Shown here piece after piece: positions 62,601 to 64,000 of a stretch of 64,000 nucleotides of DNA (its first letter is position 1; each line of letters opens with the position of its first letter). The stretch covers positions 14,696,001 to 14,760,000 of the forward strand of contig NC_045697.1 of assembly GCF_009834535.1 (NCBI RefSeq). The letters are read 5' to 3'. Below the pieces are notes generated by a model. It saw nothing but the letters and a program-made list of their open reading frames with translations, made no database searches and was not told the origin of the DNA. Both the position numbers and the translations under genes were made by a program. This DNA comes from Camelus ferus. Lineage: Eukaryota.

Positions 62601-63139
62601 CACGTCCAGATTAAAGTTTGTCCATGTTAAAGACAAAAGCAGCATTTTAATTTTCAAAGCGTTGATTCCACAATTATTTCTAGCACCAACAAACTGAACT
62701 CATAGGCATAAAGCAATTGAAGGCACAAAACCACTGCCACGTTTGTCTCTAGTGCTAACAGGCAGATTGCCAAATTCTGCATCTAGTCACTCAGTTTTGT
62801 CAAAATATAGCAGGCTTTTTGATGTTGTTATTAGCAGAAAATGAAGCCCATATCCATCCTATTTTTTCCTCTGCCTATGATAAAAATATAATGAAACTAT
62901 TCAAAATAAAAATGCACTCAACTGCATATGATGCAAAAGAATAACTCTGCTGAACTCAGCAACTACTTAATGCACCCCATTCCCTGCCCATCAGCTTGGA
63001 TATTGAGACTACTTTCTAAATATGCAGAGACAAGCCTTTTTATACTTATTGGAAGGTCAAGAGTTTGGGAAGTATGGAGGTATAAGGCAGACAGGAATAC
63101 AGTACCACATATTTATTAAATAATATATTGAAGACAGAA

Positions 63140-63410
63140 ACATACCAGGCATGTTGCAAAGTATAAAACAAGCACCTGTGATTTCCGCCACCCTGGTTTC
63201 TGCCACCATCACTTCTTACCGTGGTAACTGCAAAAGCCTCCAAACTGATTTTGCTTACTTCTGCTTTGCCTCCTACCCCATGAAGACATCAGTTAGAGTA
63301 ACTCACTGAAAATATAAGCTATATCATAACATCTGCCCCAAACCTTTATCGTCTTCCCCAAAAAGCCAAATTCTCTGCAATAAACTACACAAAGTACTTG
63401 TTGAATGGGA
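63140..63410 (+). mobile_element. L2 fragment
   Basis: ccgccaccctggt...gccaccatcac...actgcaaaagcctccaaactg...tacttgttgaatg. Confidence 0.65.
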
Positions 63411-64000
63411 GAATCAACTTCTCAATCACCAGTTAGACTTAGGTCACACATAAGACTCAATCTTTGCCCTCGGTGATTTGTTGGGTGTTAAAATCGACAC
63501 AAAAAGCAATCAGAACATTGTAAAACAATCTATTCCTGGGATCCCCAACAAATGGTGTGAACAAGGACTTCTGGAGAAGTTAGGAGGAGAAGTTCATGTT
63601 GGCCATAGTGGTCTGGATTTCTTGTACAACAGACACTTAAATATGAGTTGGGGACAAGAATGCCCTGGTAATTATGTTGTTATCTAGTTAAACACAGGAC
63701 AGAAAATACACCTATAATTCTAAATCCGTACCTACCACCTCTCTGATTCTATAAGATCCAATTTATATCCTCTGGGATAGCTTAAACTATCAAACTAAGT
63801 ACAAACCAGTTACTTCTGCTGATGTAGTCAAAGTACCCTGACACAGACAGACATAAAGGAGACACACATGGCACCGATGTAAGACACTGACTTAATGTGT
63901 CAAATTCAGAACAGTGACAGGTCCATCTTAAAGGTGGTAGACACGCTTAAGCTCAAGTAAATTCTTCTCTGGCATCCAATAAATTGCAACTTGATTAAGT

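Noticed and set aside
1..64000. The supplied six-frame ORFs as protein-coding genes
   Set aside because: All are short (60-158 aa), many start at GTG/TTG or overlap repeats, and none resembles a protein I recognise except the L1 remnants at 13475 and 29589.

Overview
This window is AT-rich, CpG-poor, non-coding DNA from a placental mammal, either intergenic or deep inside a large intron. It is most likely from a camelid (alpaca, llama or camel). The evidence is a tRNA-derived SINE of the camelid Vic-1 type (51915-52055) and a cetartiodactyl-type L1 3' end (28349-28540); I saw no Alu, B1/B2, Bov-tA/A2 or PRE-1 copies. I recognise no host protein-coding exon, RNA gene, CRISPR array or prokaryotic system. 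The supplied ORFs are chance frames, apart from decayed L1 ORF1/ORF2 remnants. A large part of the window is ancient transposon debris: many MIR and L2 copies, MaLR/ERVL solo LTRs (MLT1A/B/C/D/E/J/L, LTR16), hAT MITEs (MER5, MER94, MER102, MER113, MER119, Charlie4-like), L1M and HAL1, with several clean nested insertions. The most notable observations are an isolated, well-preserved internal L1 ORF1 fragment with no 3' end, a tandem-duplicated perfect D-box, a GATA-rich CpG-retaining enhancer-like block, a TATA/MEF2/GC-box promoter-like block and a few exon-like cassettes. I found no convincing previously undescribed biological system. Repeat family names come from recalled consensus motifs, not from a database search, and boundaries are approximate.
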